Part shown: in pieces, positions 29,847 through 40,021 of the stretch | Position numbering within the stretch: the stretch's first letter is position 1 | How the letters are laid out: each line of letters begins with the position of its first letter | NCBI GenBank assembly: GCA_031082185.1 | Contig: JAVHLI010000001.1 | Coordinates: 313,980 to 377,979 of the forward strand | Direction: 5' to 3' | DNA length: 64,000 nucleotides | Source: a bacterium | GTDB taxonomy: Bacteria; Sysuimicrobiota; Sysuimicrobiia; Sysuimicrobiales; Humicultoraceae | Position numbers and translations under genes: made by a program | Notes under the pieces: model-generated | What the model was told of the DNA's origin: nothing | Database searches by the model: none | What the model saw: the letters and a program-made list of their open reading frames with translations, nothing else

Positions 29847-31181
29847 ATGCACTTCCTGCGTCGTCGCGTCGTTTCGATCCTGCTCGTGCTCGCCGTCTGT
29901 GCGCTTGCACCCGCGCCGGCCATGGGGCAGCCGGCGGCGCCGTCGGGCGAGGCGGCGTTTGCGCACGTGCAGCACCTCGCAGGCGTGATCGGGCCCCGAC
30001 CCACTGGGACGCCATCCGAGCGTCAGGCCGCGGAGTACCTGGCAGCGCAGTTCCGCCAGTTCGGGTATCAGGTAGACCTCCATTCGTTCCGGTTCCCGTA
30101 CTTCGAGGCACGGCGGGTCGAGCTGCAGCAGTTGGGCGCGGCCTCCCGTCCGGTACCTGCCATGGCGTTCTTCTACTCAGCGCCCAGCGCGCCCGGAGGC
30201 CTCGAGGCCGACGTCGTGCACGTCGGGTTGGGCCGGCCGTTGGACTACGAGGGGCGGCAGGTTACAGGTGCGATCGCGCTGGTGGCCCGCGGCTCGATCA
30301 CCTTCGGCGATAAAGCGACCAACGCGGCTGCGCGCGGCGCTGTGGCAGTGGTGATCTACAACAACCAGCCCGAAGGAATCATGGCAGGGGTGCTGACCCA
30401 ACCATCGCGTATTCCGGCCGTGGCGATTTCCAACGAAGACGGCGTCCGCCTGATCGAGGCGGCGCAGCAGGGGCGTCTCCGTGTCCGCCTGCTCGTGGAC
30501 GCGGTGCTCGAGACGCGCTCTACCGTAAACGTTGTGGCCACCAAGCGGGGCGTGGCGCGACCAGAGGAGATCATAGTGGTCGGGGCTCACTATGACTCGG
30601 TGCCGGGTAGTCCCGGCGCCAACGACAACGCGTCCGGGGTTGCGGTCGTGCTCGAGGCGGCGCGCGTGCTTGCCGGTACGCCCACCCCGCGCACCGTACA
30701 GTTCGTCCTGTTCGCGGCAGAGGAGCTGGGCCTGTTCGGATCGGTCGCGTTCGCGGACGAGCGCCGGAGGGGCGTCGTTGCCATGATCAACATAGACATG
30801 GTGGGATGGGGGAGCACCCTGATGGCGGGCAGCTCGCCGGGACGCGACGAGGCCATGGTGAACGCCGCGATCGAGGTGGCGCGGGCGCTTGGGATCTCCG
30901 CCAGCCGGTTCCGGATGGCGGGCAGCGATCATGCCAGCTTCGAGCGGGTGGGGATCCCCGCCGTCCTCCTGCACCGCGGGGTGGATCCGCACTACCACCG
31001 ACCGACCGACCTGCCGGCCATCGTGGATCCAAGGAACCTGGAGGAAGCGGCCCGATTGGTTGTGGGGATGCTGCTACATCCAGCGCTCCCGTCCGCGGTA
31101 GTAGACCGCCGGCGCATCGGGGTGGCGGCGCCGGAACTCCCTATATTGCCGCAGCAGGTGCCGGTAGCGCGCGTCGGATGA
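29847..31181 (+). CDS. Secreted M28 aminopeptidase with a PA domain
   Basis: Signal peptide, GAHYDSV, GANDNASG, AEELGL, NIDMVG, SDHASF, YHRPTD. Confidence 0.9.
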   Translation: MHFLRRRVVSILLVLAVCALAPAPAMGQPAAPSGEAAFAHVQHLAGVIGPRPTGTPSERQAAEYLAAQFRQFGYQVDLHSFRFPYFEARRVELQQLGAASRPVPAMAFFYSAPSAPGGLEADVVHVGLGRPLDYEGRQVTGAIALVARGSITFGDKATNAAARGAVAVVIYNNQPEGIMAGVLTQPSRIPAVAISNEDGVRLIEAAQQGRLRVRLLVDAVLETRSTVNVVATKRGVARPEEIIVVGAHYDSVPGSPGANDNASGVAVVLEAARVLAGTPTPRTVQFVLFAAEELGLFGSVAFADERRRGVVAMINIDMVGWGSTLMAGSSPGRDEAMVNAAIEVARALGISASRFRMAGSDHASFERVGIPAVLLHRGVDPHYHRPTDLPAIVDPRNLEEAARLVVGMLLHPALPSAVVDRRRIGVAAPELPILPQQVPVARVG

Positions 31182-31724
31182 ACGCAGCGGCATGTGCGGA
31201 GCGACAATCAGGTGGCGCTCCAGCTTCCACATGTTGCGCCGGTTGAACCGCCAGTCGTAGTCTCCCAGGTCGCGGAGGTCTACCAGTGAGTAGCCGGTGA
31301 GCCGTCCGGTGAAGTCCACATAGGGGTCGTAGTAGCTCCACACAAGGTCGCGGATTGACCGAAAGACCGGTCTGCGCCCGTGCAACCCGGCGTCCCGGGA
31401 TCGTGCCACGGCGCCCCACCGTCCGCGCCGCCTGAAGACGAAGAGCACGTGATCCAGGTTGTCCTGCGACTCCAGGCTCACCACGAGCGGTGGGTATCCA
31501 TGTTGTTCCATGATCACCGCCGCCACCAGCGCCGACTCCATGCAGTGCGACTCACCCTCGCGGATCACCTCGCGGAACGACCGCAGGGTGGCTCCGACGC
31601 GGTGGTGGTTGTAGCGCACGGCATTGAGGAACCGCTGGACCTGCCGGGGCGTGCGGTGGGTTTCGATGATGGCCTTCTCGCGGGGTAGGAAAGCGGTCCG
31701 CGGCGGTGGGGCGGCGTGCTTCAT
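31074..31724 (-). CDS. Hypothetical protein, possible transglutaminase-like Cys-His-Asp enzyme
   Basis: SHCMESAL, DHVLFVF, WGAVARS, YYDPY; the 3' end overlaps the convergent M28 gene. Confidence 0.65.
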   Translation of the reverse strand: MKHAAPPPRTAFLPREKAIIETHRTPRQVQRFLNAVRYNHHRVGATLRSFREVIREGESHCMESALVAAVIMEQHGYPPLVVSLESQDNLDHVLFVFRRRGRWGAVARSRDAGLHGRRPVFRSIRDLVWSYYDPYVDFTGRLTGYSLVDLRDLGDYDWRFNRRNMWKLERHLIVAPHMPLRSSDARYRHLLRQYREFRRRHPDAPAVYYRGRERWM

Positions 31725-31780
31725 GGCTCGTGTATTTCGCATACAAGCAGACGGATGCCTTCCTGACGCGGCGGTTTGTG

Positions 31781-31809
31781 TTGCCCGGGACCTCGTTCGG
31801 TGGTAAACT
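31781..31809 (+). promoter_or_regulatory. Probable promoter for the FMN riboswitch leader
   Basis: TTGCCC-N17-TAAACT. Confidence 0.5.
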
Positions 31810-31834
31810 GTACTTGTAGTTCAATCGAATAGCA

Positions 31835-31976
31835 GGCCTTCAGGGCAGGGTGAGCCGGCGCGTAAGTGCCGGCAATTCCCGATCGGCGGTACAGCCCGCG
31901 AGCCCGGCTGAACAAGCAGCCAGGCAGATCCGGTGAGACTCCGGGGCCGACGGTATAGTCCGGATGGAAGAAGGTC
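31835..31976 (+). ncRNA. FMN riboswitch (RFN element)
   Basis: CTTCAGGGCAGGGTGA...ATTCCCGATCGGCGGT-AGCCCGCGAG...GATCCGGTGAGACTCCGG-GCCGACGGTATAGTCCGGATGGAAGAAG; lies upstream of the rib operon. Confidence 0.95.
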
Positions 31977-32108
31977 AGAAGGGGAACCCGGGATTCGGTA
32001 GCCGGGACCGACGGCCCGCTATGTGTGAGCCGCGGCCTCCAGCCCGAACCCCCGTTCCACTACACCTGCGCCCGGAGGTCTCTGGACCCCGGGCGTGAGC
32101 GTTTGTCC

Positions 32109-33230
32109 ATGGAAACGCACCACGACAACAACAGGATGATGCAGCAGGCCCTCCGGCTCGCGCGGCGGGCGGCGGGTCGCACCAGTCCGAACCCGCTGGT
32201 CGGAGCGGTCATCGCATCCGGCGGCGTGGTGGTCGGCCGCGGCCATCATGCCAGGGCCGGGACCGATCACGCCGAGATCGTTGCCCTTCGCAGGGCGGGC
32301 AACCGCGCCCGCGGCGCCACCCTCTACGTGAACCTCGAACCGTGCGCTCACACCGGGCGCACCGGTCCCTGCACCGAGGCGCTGATTGATGCTGGCATCC
32401 GCCGCGTCGTGGCCGCCATGCGCGATCCCGATCCCCGGGTGGACGGCAGGGGTATCGCGCGGCTGCGTGAAGCCGGCATCGAGGTGGAAGTCGGCCTGCT
32501 CGAGGACCAGGCCCAGCGGCTGAACGAGCCCTACGTCAAGCACCGCCGGACCGGAATGCCTTTCGTAACGCTCAAGTGGGCGATGAGTCTGGACGGCAAG
32601 ATCGGCGCTGATCGCAGGAGCGCGACCGCGCTCACCGGCGAAGCGGCGCGGCAGTACGCGCACTCCCTGCGCAACACCCACGACGCGGTGCTGGTGGGAG
32701 TGCAGACCGTACTGGCCGACGATCCCCAACTGACGTGCAGGCTGAGCGGCGGCCGCAATCCGCTGCGCGTGGTCCTGGACTCGCGACTGCGCACCCCACT
32801 GGAGGCGCGCGTGGTCGCGGGCATGGCCGAAGCGCCGACCCTGATTGCCACGACGGCAGCGGCACCCCCTGCTCAGGTCGAGGCGATGAGGCGGGCCGGC
32901 GTGGAGGTGCTCGTTTTAGATCAGGCGCCGCAGGGAGTGGACCTGCGCGCTCTCATGGAGGAGTTGGGGCGTCGGGGGGTGCTCAGCGTCCTGGTTGAGG
33001 GCGGCGGAACCGTGAACGCCTCCGCGCTTGCCGCCGGCGTCGTTGACAAGGTGATCGCACTCGTGGCGCCTCGACTGATCGGTGGATCCCTGGCAGCTAC
33101 CCCGGTGGACGGCCCTGGACTCGCGGGCGTCTCCGGGGCCGTACGGCTGTCGGAGGTGCGCACTCGGAGGCTGGGAGAGGACATATCAATCGAAGGGAAG
33201 GTGGAAGCTCGATGTTCACAGGCCTGGTAG
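32109..33230 (+). CDS. ribD: Bifunctional pyrimidine deaminase/reductase of riboflavin synthesis
   Basis: TSPNPLVG, HAE, LEPCAHTGRTGPC, SLDGKI, VEGGG. Confidence 0.95.
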   Translation: METHHDNNRMMQQALRLARRAAGRTSPNPLVGAVIASGGVVVGRGHHARAGTDHAEIVALRRAGNRARGATLYVNLEPCAHTGRTGPCTEALIDAGIRRVVAAMRDPDPRVDGRGIARLREAGIEVEVGLLEDQAQRLNEPYVKHRRTGMPFVTLKWAMSLDGKIGADRRSATALTGEAARQYAHSLRNTHDAVLVGVQTVLADDPQLTCRLSGGRNPLRVVLDSRLRTPLEARVVAGMAEAPTLIATTAAAPPAQVEAMRRAGVEVLVLDQAPQGVDLRALMEELGRRGVLSVLVEGGGTVNASALAAGVVDKVIALVAPRLIGGSLAATPVDGPGLAGVSGAVRLSEVRTRRLGEDISIEGKVEARCSQAW

Positions 33231-33823
33231 AAGAGCTCGGCAAGATCCAAAGCATTACCGGTAACGCCGATGGTGTGCGCCTGAAGGTGCGGGCAGGAGC
33301 GGTGCTCGACGGCGCTCGCGTAGGGGAGAGTATCGCCGTCAGCGGCGTGTGTCTGACGATCGTGGACCTCGAGGGCCGGTCGTTCGCGGCCGACGTGGTG
33401 GCCGAAACGCTGCGGCGGACCACGCTGGGCGGGCTGCAACCGGGGGATCCGGTGGACCTGGAGCGGCCGCTGCGATTTGACCAGCGCCTGGGAGGACACA
33501 TAGTCCAGGGACACGTGGACGGTGTGGGCACGATCACCTCGATCAAGCCGGAGGGCGAGGGCGTGTGGATGGAGATTGCGCCGCCGCCGGCGCTCATGCG
33601 CTACCTGGTGGAGAAAGGCTCCGTCGCCGTGAACGGTGTCAGTCTCACCGCCGCAGCGATCACGGACGCACCTGGGTTTGCGATTGCGCTGATACCGCAC
33701 ACCCTGGCCGTAACGACGTTGGGGCATTGGGGCGTGGGCGGCCGGGTGAACATCGAGGTGGACATCCTGGCCAAGCACGTGGAAAAGCTGCTGGAAGGGG
33801 TGGCGGGGCGGTGGACGACCTGA
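33212..33823 (+). CDS. ribE: Riboflavin synthase (alpha chain)
   Basis: [29 protein letters not shown]. Confidence 0.95.
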   Translation: MFTGLVEELGKIQSITGNADGVRLKVRAGAVLDGARVGESIAVSGVCLTIVDLEGRSFAADVVAETLRRTTLGGLQPGDPVDLERPLRFDQRLGGHIVQGHVDGVGTITSIKPEGEGVWMEIAPPPALMRYLVEKGSVAVNGVSLTAAAITDAPGFAIALIPHTLAVTTLGHWGVGGRVNIEVDILAKHVEKLLEGVAGRWTT

Positions 33824-35049
33824 CAGGCAAGGCGGCGTTCCCGCAGGCCTCGGTGGCCGAAGCGGTTGAGGAGCTACGCGCCGGGCGGATGCTCGTGGTC
33901 GTGGACGACGAAGACCGCGAGAACGAGGGCGACCTCATCATGGCCGCCGAGTTCGCTACGCCCGAGGCGATAAACTTCATGATGATGCACGCGCGCGGAC
34001 TGATCTGTGCGCCGCTCACCCCCGAGCGGTGCGATGAACTGCGGATTCCCATCATGGTGACCGAGAACACCTCCCAACACGGGACCGCGTTCACGGTTTC
34101 GGTGGACGCGCGCCGCGGCGGGACCGGCACCTCAGCACACGATCGTGCGCTGACGATTCGGCTGCTGGCCGGAGCCGAAGGGGACGGCAACACAAGCCCC
34201 GACGACCTGGCCCGCCCGGGACACGTCTTTCCCCTGCGTTCAGCTCCGGGGGGCGTGCTGCGCCGCGCCGGGCACACCGAGACAGTGATTGACCTGACCC
34301 GCCTGGCCGGGCTGAAACCGGCTGGGGTGATCTGCGAGATCGTGGGTGAGGACGGGGCCATGGCGCGCTTCCCGGAGCTGCGCGAGTTTGCGGCCCGCCA
34401 CGGCCTTAAGATGCTGACGGTTAGAGAGTTGATCCGGCACCGGCTGCGGCACGATCCCTTCGTGCGGCGGGAAGGGCAGACCCGCCTGCCCACCGCAATC
34501 GGGGAGTTCTCCGCCGTGGTATACGAGAACACGCTCGACGGCTCGCACCACCTGGCGCTGGTTAAGGGTATCCTAGACGACGGTGCGCCGCCACTGGTGC
34601 GGGTGCAATCGGAGTGCCTGACCGGCGAGGTCTTCGGATCACTGCGGTGCGACTGCCGCGAGCAGTTGCAGACGGCAATGCGGGCGGTTGAGCGCGAGGG
34701 GCGCGGCGCGATCGTCTACATCAGGCAGGAAGGCCGCGACATCGGGCTGGGTAACAAGATCAAGGCCTACGCGCTCCAGGACCAGGGCGCGGACACCGTG
34801 GAGGCCAACGAGCTGTTGGGATTCCCGCCGGATCCGCGCGACTACGGCGTAGGCGCGCAGATCCTGGCCGATCTCGGGTTGAAGCGCATACGGCTGCTGA
34901 CCAACAATCCTCAGAAGCGCGCGGGCCTCGAAGGGTACGGCATTCAAGTCGTGGAACGCGTGCCGCTGGAAACCACACCCACCAGCGAGAACTATGCCTA
35001 CCTCAAGACCAAGCGCCACCGCCTCGGGCACCTCCTCAGCATCGAGTGA
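33811..35049 (+). CDS. ribBA: Bifunctional DHBP synthase / GTP cyclohydrolase II
   Basis: [49 protein letters not shown]. Confidence 0.95.
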   Translation: MDDLTGKAAFPQASVAEAVEELRAGRMLVVVDDEDRENEGDLIMAAEFATPEAINFMMMHARGLICAPLTPERCDELRIPIMVTENTSQHGTAFTVSVDARRGGTGTSAHDRALTIRLLAGAEGDGNTSPDDLARPGHVFPLRSAPGGVLRRAGHTETVIDLTRLAGLKPAGVICEIVGEDGAMARFPELREFAARHGLKMLTVRELIRHRLRHDPFVRREGQTRLPTAIGEFSAVVYENTLDGSHHLALVKGILDDGAPPLVRVQSECLTGEVFGSLRCDCREQLQTAMRAVEREGRGAIVYIRQEGRDIGLGNKIKAYALQDQGADTVEANELLGFPPDPRDYGVGAQILADLGLKRIRLLTNNPQKRAGLEGYGIQVVERVPLETTPTSENYAYLKTKRHRLGHLLSIE

Positions 35050-35088
35050 GGGATGGCCGGGTCTGGTGATGGAAGGGTGATGATCCAA

Positions 35089-35616
35089 ATGGGAACGACC
35101 TTTCGCGGCGGAGGCGACGCCGCCGGGCTGGCCTTCGCGGTAGTGGTCAGCCGGTACAACGAACCGATCACGCAGCGCCTGCTCGATGGGGCATTGGAGG
35201 TTCTGACGGCGCAGGGGGCGACGCGTGTGGACGTGGCCTGGGTGCCCGGCGCGCTGGAAATCCCCCTGGTCGCCCGACGCATGGCCGAGGCGTCGGCCAA
35301 GGTGCCGGGGGAGGCGTCCGGGGAGGACGGCGCCGGGCGGCGCAGTGCGCGCCGTTACGATGCCGTCATCTGCCTGGGATGCGTCATCAAGGGAGACACG
35401 CTGCACTTCGACCTGGTGGCCCAACAGGCCGCGGCAGGGATCGCCAGGGTCTCGCTGGAGACCGGTGTTCCGGTGATCAACGAGGTGCTGGCGGTGTTTG
35501 AACCCGAGCAGGCCGCCTCTCGCGCCGGAGGCAGGGTTAACCTCGGAGCCGATGCCGCCCACGCGGCCATCCAGATGGCCAACCTGATGCGGGAACTGGA
35601 GGCATCCGACAGATGA
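35089..35616 (+). CDS. ribH: 6,7-dimethyl-8-ribityllumazine synthase
   Basis: VVSRYN, WVPGALEIP, DAVICLGCVIKGDTLHFD, GVPVINEVL. Start uncertain (35053, 35080 or 35089). Confidence 0.92.
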   Translation: MGTTFRGGGDAAGLAFAVVVSRYNEPITQRLLDGALEVLTAQGATRVDVAWVPGALEIPLVARRMAEASAKVPGEASGEDGAGRRSARRYDAVICLGCVIKGDTLHFDLVAQQAAAGIARVSLETGVPVINEVLAVFEPEQAASRAGGRVNLGADAAHAAIQMANLMRELEASDR

Positions 35617-37244
35617 CCGTCACGATATTCGCGCCCGCGGACGTGCGGCCCGACGGCGGACCGGTATCGCGGGGAGGCGCCTTGGCCGTCGCCGGCGGCC
35701 GCGTGCTGGCCGTCGGAGGCGCCGCCGAAGTGGCCGCCGCTTTCCCCCGTGCGCGTCGCGTGGACCTTGGGGGGCTGCCGGTCTTCCCCGGGCTCATTGA
35801 TGCGCACCTCCACCTCATCGGCTACGGTTTCAGCCTGCTCGAGGTGGAACTGCGCGAAGCCGGGTCGCCCGGGGAAGCCGCCCGGCTCGTCTCTGCCGCG
35901 GCCGCACGCCTGCCGGCGGATGCCTGGGTGTTGGGGCGGGGGTGGGACAAGAACACGTGGCCCGAAGATCGCTTTCCCTCGCGAGGGGATCTCGATCCGG
36001 CCACGGCCGGCCGGCCCGCGGTGATGGCGAGCAAGGACGGCCACCTGCTCTGGGTCAACTCAGCGGCCCTGCGGGCGGCCGGGATCACGCGCGATACTCC
36101 TGACCCGCCTGGAGGCGTGGTAGGCCGTGATACCGCGGGCGAGCCCGACGGCATCCTCAAGGAAGAAGCCGCCGCGCTTGTAAGGCGGGTCGTGCCGCCT
36201 CCGACTCCCGGGATGCGTGAGCGGGCCGCGCTGGAGGCAGTCGCCGATCTTCACCGCTTTGGGATTACCGGAGTGCACGCCTTCACGGGCACCACGACCG
36301 AGGGCCCCGAGGGCTTCGCGACGCTCCAACGCCTGCATGCGCGTGGCGATCTGGGTGTACGCGTTGTCGCGACCCTGCCCGACCGGCACCTGGAGGCCGC
36401 CGCGGCCTGTGGGATGCGCACGGGCCTGGGCGATGAGATGCTGCGCGTTGGGCCGGTCAAGATCTTCGCCGACGGTGCCCTGGGATCGCAGACCGCCAGC
36501 ATGCTTGCGCCCTATGACGGCCAGCCGGGCAACCTGGGAGTGCAGGTGCGGTCGCCCGCCGAGCTGGACCATCTGGTGGCCCGCGCGATCGATGCCGGGC
36601 TGTGGACCGCGATCCATGCCATAGGCGACCGCGCCAACAGAGAAGTCCTCGACGTCTTCGAGCGCCACCAGGCCGCATCGCAGCGCCTGGGAGCCCGCCA
36701 CCGCATAGAGCACGTGCAGCTCCTGCACCCGGACGATCTGCCGCGACTCGCACGGATCGGCGTGGTGGCCTCGATGCAGCCGATCCATGCCACGGAAGAT
36801 CGCGAGATCGCCGAGCGCTACTGGGGACCGCGCGCACGGTGGGCCTATGCATGGCGAGCGATCACCGCCAGCGGCGCGGCCCTGGCTTTCGGATCGGACG
36901 CGCCGGTGGAGACGCCGGATCCGTGGCGGGGGATGTACGCGGCGGTCACCCGTCGTCGCGAGCACGGGCGCGAGCACGGGAAGGACCGCAGCGCATGGTA
37001 TCCAGAGGAGTGCATCCCTCTGGAGGAAGCCATCCGTGCCTACACCACCGGTGCCGCCTACGCCGCCGGGACCGAGGGGTGGCAGGGGGCACTTCGTCCC
37101 GGGAGCGCGGCCGACTTCATTGTGCTCGACCGCGACCCGTACGCGGGCCCGCCCGAGGAGTTGTTGCAGGTCAGGGTGCTGGCGACCGTGGTTGGCGGCC
37201 GTCTTATGCACGCGGCCGGCGCACTTGATGGGGTGATGGGGTAG
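35613..37244 (+). CDS. Amidohydrolase family 3 (YtcJ-like)
   Basis: PGLIDAHLH, DGHLLWVNS, KIFADGALG, HAIGD, RIEH, SMQP, GSDAPV. Confidence 0.9.
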   Translation: MTVTIFAPADVRPDGGPVSRGGALAVAGGRVLAVGGAAEVAAAFPRARRVDLGGLPVFPGLIDAHLHLIGYGFSLLEVELREAGSPGEAARLVSAAAARLPADAWVLGRGWDKNTWPEDRFPSRGDLDPATAGRPAVMASKDGHLLWVNSAALRAAGITRDTPDPPGGVVGRDTAGEPDGILKEEAAALVRRVVPPPTPGMRERAALEAVADLHRFGITGVHAFTGTTTEGPEGFATLQRLHARGDLGVRVVATLPDRHLEAAAACGMRTGLGDEMLRVGPVKIFADGALGSQTASMLAPYDGQPGNLGVQVRSPAELDHLVARAIDAGLWTAIHAIGDRANREVLDVFERHQAASQRLGARHRIEHVQLLHPDDLPRLARIGVVASMQPIHATEDREIAERYWGPRARWAYAWRAITASGAALAFGSDAPVETPDPWRGMYAAVTRRREHGREHGKDRSAWYPEECIPLEEAIRAYTTGAAYAAGTEGWQGALRPGSAADFIVLDRDPYAGPPEELLQVRVLATVVGGRLMHAAGALDGVMG

Positions 37245-37326
37245 CGGGCATACACAAGGTGGGCACCGCGTTTCACCTTGTGCAGGTACAGAGTACCGGC
37301 GCTGCGCGCCAGAAGGGGTGAGCAAG

Positions 37327-37941
37327 ATGGCATATCCAAAGTACGAGCCCAAGAAGTTCCGCTCGTTTGACGTAGAGCTGGACGGCATCTCGAAGAAGAC
37401 CATGGAGGAGCATTACAAGCTCTATCAGGGTTACGTCAACAAGGCCAACGAGATCCACGATAAGCTCGCCGCCCTCGACAAGGACCCGGCCAAGGCCAAC
37501 CCTACCTTCTCCGAGATCCGCGAGCTCAAGGTCGAGCTTACGCGGGCCGTCGGCGGCGTGAAGAACCACGAGATCTACTTCTCTCACCTGGGTGTTGGGG
37601 GCGGGAAGCCGTCGGGCAAGTTGCTCAGCATGATCGAGCGGGACTTCGGCAGCTTCGAGGACTGGCAGCGCGATCTGAAGGCCACCGCGATCGCGGCCCG
37701 AGGCTGGGCCTGGACCGCGTTTGACTGGGACACGATGCGGCTGTTCAACTACATCGGGGATGAGCAGAATACCTTCCCGATCTGGAATGCGACGGTCGTT
37801 GTCGCGCTGGACGTCTTCGAGCACGCGTACTACCTGGACTACCAGACCGCGAAGGCGGCGTACGTGGACGCGTTCTTCCGCAACCTGGACTGGGCGGCGG
37901 TGGCGGACCGGGCGAAGGTGGTGCTGGAGGCGGTCCAGTAA
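37327..37941 (+). CDS. Fe/Mn superoxide dismutase family protein
   Basis: EHYKLYQGYV, KNHEIYF, GWAW, DVFEHAYYLDY. Confidence 0.9.
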   Translation: MAYPKYEPKKFRSFDVELDGISKKTMEEHYKLYQGYVNKANEIHDKLAALDKDPAKANPTFSEIRELKVELTRAVGGVKNHEIYFSHLGVGGGKPSGKLLSMIERDFGSFEDWQRDLKATAIAARGWAWTAFDWDTMRLFNYIGDEQNTFPIWNATVVVALDVFEHAYYLDYQTAKAAYVDAFFRNLDWAAVADRAKVVLEAVQ

Positions 37942-37991
37942 ACCTAAGGTGCCATTCCGACCGTCACACAATGGGTACAGAGGGGGCGGGC

Positions 37992-38546
37992 GTGGACGCT
38001 GAGGACCGGCAACTGCTCCGGGCTTTCGCGCGCGGGGAGGAGAGCGCCTTCACGGCGCTCGTGATCAAGTACCGGGAGAGCGTCTACCGCGTGGCGCGCC
38101 GCATGCTCGGCAGTCACGAGGACGCCGCGGACGTCGCCCAGGAAGTGTTCATCCGCGCGCACCGGGCGTTGCCGCGATTCGACGGCCGGTCGCAACTCTA
38201 CACCTGGCTGTACCGCATTACGGTCAATCTCTGCCTGGACCTGCGCGGCCGGTCCTCCAGGTTGCCCCTGCTTGACGACGAGGACGGCGCGCGCGATCGC
38301 AGCGGTATCCCGGCCGCGGAGGACGAGGCCGAGGGCCGGGAGGCCGGACGTCTGGTGGCGCGCGCCGTTGCCCAACTGCCACCGCGCCAGCGGGCGATGG
38401 CCGTCCTGCGGCTCTACCAGGATCTGCCCTACCAGGAGATCGCCCGCATCATGGGCTGCTCCGAGGGCACGGTGAAGGCAACGATGTTCGCGGCGCTGCG
38501 CAAGCTGCGCCGCGCGCTGGTCGAGGAGGGCGTCCGCGCCCCATGA
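37992..38546 (+). CDS. ECF RNA polymerase sigma factor
   Basis: DAADVAQEVF, TWLYRITVNLC, YQEIARIMGCSEGTVK. Confidence 0.92.
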   Translation: MDAEDRQLLRAFARGEESAFTALVIKYRESVYRVARRMLGSHEDAADVAQEVFIRAHRALPRFDGRSQLYTWLYRITVNLCLDLRGRSSRLPLLDDEDGARDRSGIPAAEDEAEGREAGRLVARAVAQLPPRQRAMAVLRLYQDLPYQEIARIMGCSEGTVKATMFAALRKLRRALVEEGVRAP

Positions 38547-39049
38547 CGGACCGCTGCGCAGAGGTGCTGGAGCGCCTGGTCGAAGGGGTGACCGGGACGG
38601 TGCCGCCGGACGAACGCGTCGACGTCGCCGGCCATCTGGCTTCGTGCGCCCGCTGCCGCGACGAGGCAGTCTCGCTGGAAGCCGTTGCTTCGCGCCTGCG
38701 TGCCGGGGGCAGGTTTGTCGCGCCGCCCGGTTTCTGGGAGGAGTTCATGCGGCGGATTGCCGACCGCATCGAGGAGGAGAGGGTGCCGGCAGGCGCCCGC
38801 CTCCGGCGGTGGCTGGCTTCCCCGCGCCACGCGCTGGGCACGGCCGTGGTTACCGCGGTCACGGTGCTGGCGGTCTTCGCGGCGGTCCGGACCATCCCGC
38901 CCCCGCCTGATCCCGTATTGATTCGCGCGCGCGGGCTGGTGACCGCAACGATGACTTCCAGTCTTCCCTCACTGGGCGAGATGCTCGATATCTGGCGCGC
39001 CGGGCTGGCTCACGAAACCGACGCGGTCGTGGACCGAAGGACGAGGTAG
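38543..39049 (+). CDS. Zinc-binding (zf-HC2) membrane-anchored anti-sigma factor
   Basis: HLASCARC (HxxxCxxC) followed by one TM segment; coupled to the sigma gene. Confidence 0.85.
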   Translation: MTDRCAEVLERLVEGVTGTVPPDERVDVAGHLASCARCRDEAVSLEAVASRLRAGGRFVAPPGFWEEFMRRIADRIEEERVPAGARLRRWLASPRHALGTAVVTAVTVLAVFAAVRTIPPPPDPVLIRARGLVTATMTSSLPSLGEMLDIWRAGLAHETDAVVDRRTR

Positions 39050-39549
39050 TGAGAGTGGCCGCCTTGCGCCGCCTTGCGCCCGCGCTCCTGGTCGTGATGA
39101 TGGCGCTGGCTCTGCCCGCGGTAGGGCAGGAGCCGCCGCCGCCGCGGGGAGAGCGGATCATCGAGGCGATCTTCATATGGCGCCTGGTGGACGAGCTCGA
39201 TCTCACGGAGGGGCAGATCACCCGAATACTGCCCCGACTCAAGGCGCTCAAAGCCATCCGGATGGAGATGGGCCGGCGGGTACCGTTGCTGCGGCGGGAG
39301 ATCCGGCAGCTTTCCGCGCAGCAGCCCCGTGACGAGGAGGCCATACGGGTCAAGGTCTCCGAGCTCAACCTGCTGCGCACCGAGATGGAGTCGGGCAGGC
39401 GGCGCCAGCTTCAGATGATCACCGCCGCGCTCACCCCTGAACAGCAGGCCAAGTTCGCGTTGATTCAAGAAACCTTCGAGATGGACACCCTCCGGCTGCT
39501 GGAGGAGATGCGCCGCATCGTGGAGGAGCAGCCGCCACCCCGCCGTTAG
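39049..39549 (+). CDS. Secreted Spy/CpxP-like helical protein
   Basis: Signal peptide; paired LDLTEGQ and LTPEQQAKF motifs. Confidence 0.7.
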   Translation: MRVAALRRLAPALLVVMMALALPAVGQEPPPPRGERIIEAIFIWRLVDELDLTEGQITRILPRLKALKAIRMEMGRRVPLLRREIRQLSAQQPRDEEAIRVKVSELNLLRTEMESGRRRQLQMITAALTPEQQAKFALIQETFEMDTLRLLEEMRRIVEEQPPPRR

Positions 39550-40019
39550 CCCAGCGGTCGGAAGTGCGCGATGTCCAGGATCGAGCCCGTCCGGTCCTCC
39601 GCGGGCCTGAAGGCGGCCTCCACGCGCAGGCCGATATTCGCATCGGCCGCATCCACGCCGCTAAGTCGGTGGTAGAGTACGGTATCGGCGCCGTCCAGTC
39701 GTACCAGCGCCATCAACAAGGGAGGGTCGAGGAGGGTTCCATCCAGGTCCAGGTGCACCACCGTTACCGCCTCTACGGTGCCCGATGGCCCCACCTCTAT
39801 CCAATCCGTCAGCTCGTCGAAGCACCGCTCACAGAACAGCTTTCCCGGCACATAGGTCAGGTTGCACCGTCCGCAGCGGGTTCCCAGGATGCGGGCTTCG
39901 TCCTTCATTGCGCGGAAGAACCGCTCGCCTGCCGGGCCGAGGGTGTAGCGGCTGGCTACGGGCATGCTCCCATGCCAGGTCCGGAGATCGTCCGCGTGCA
40001 GCGTGGGATCAAGCGGCAT
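39546..40019 (-). CDS. DUF35 Zn-ribbon/OB-fold protein
   Basis: RCGRCNLTYVP..FCERC; OB-fold C-terminus ending GSILDIAHFRP. Confidence 0.88.
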   Translation of the reverse strand: MPLDPTLHADDLRTWHGSMPVASRYTLGPAGERFFRAMKDEARILGTRCGRCNLTYVPGKLFCERCFDELTDWIEVGPSGTVEAVTVVHLDLDGTLLDPPLLMALVRLDGADTVLYHRLSGVDAADANIGLRVEAAFRPAEDRTGSILDIAHFRPLG

Positions 40020-40021
40020 GG

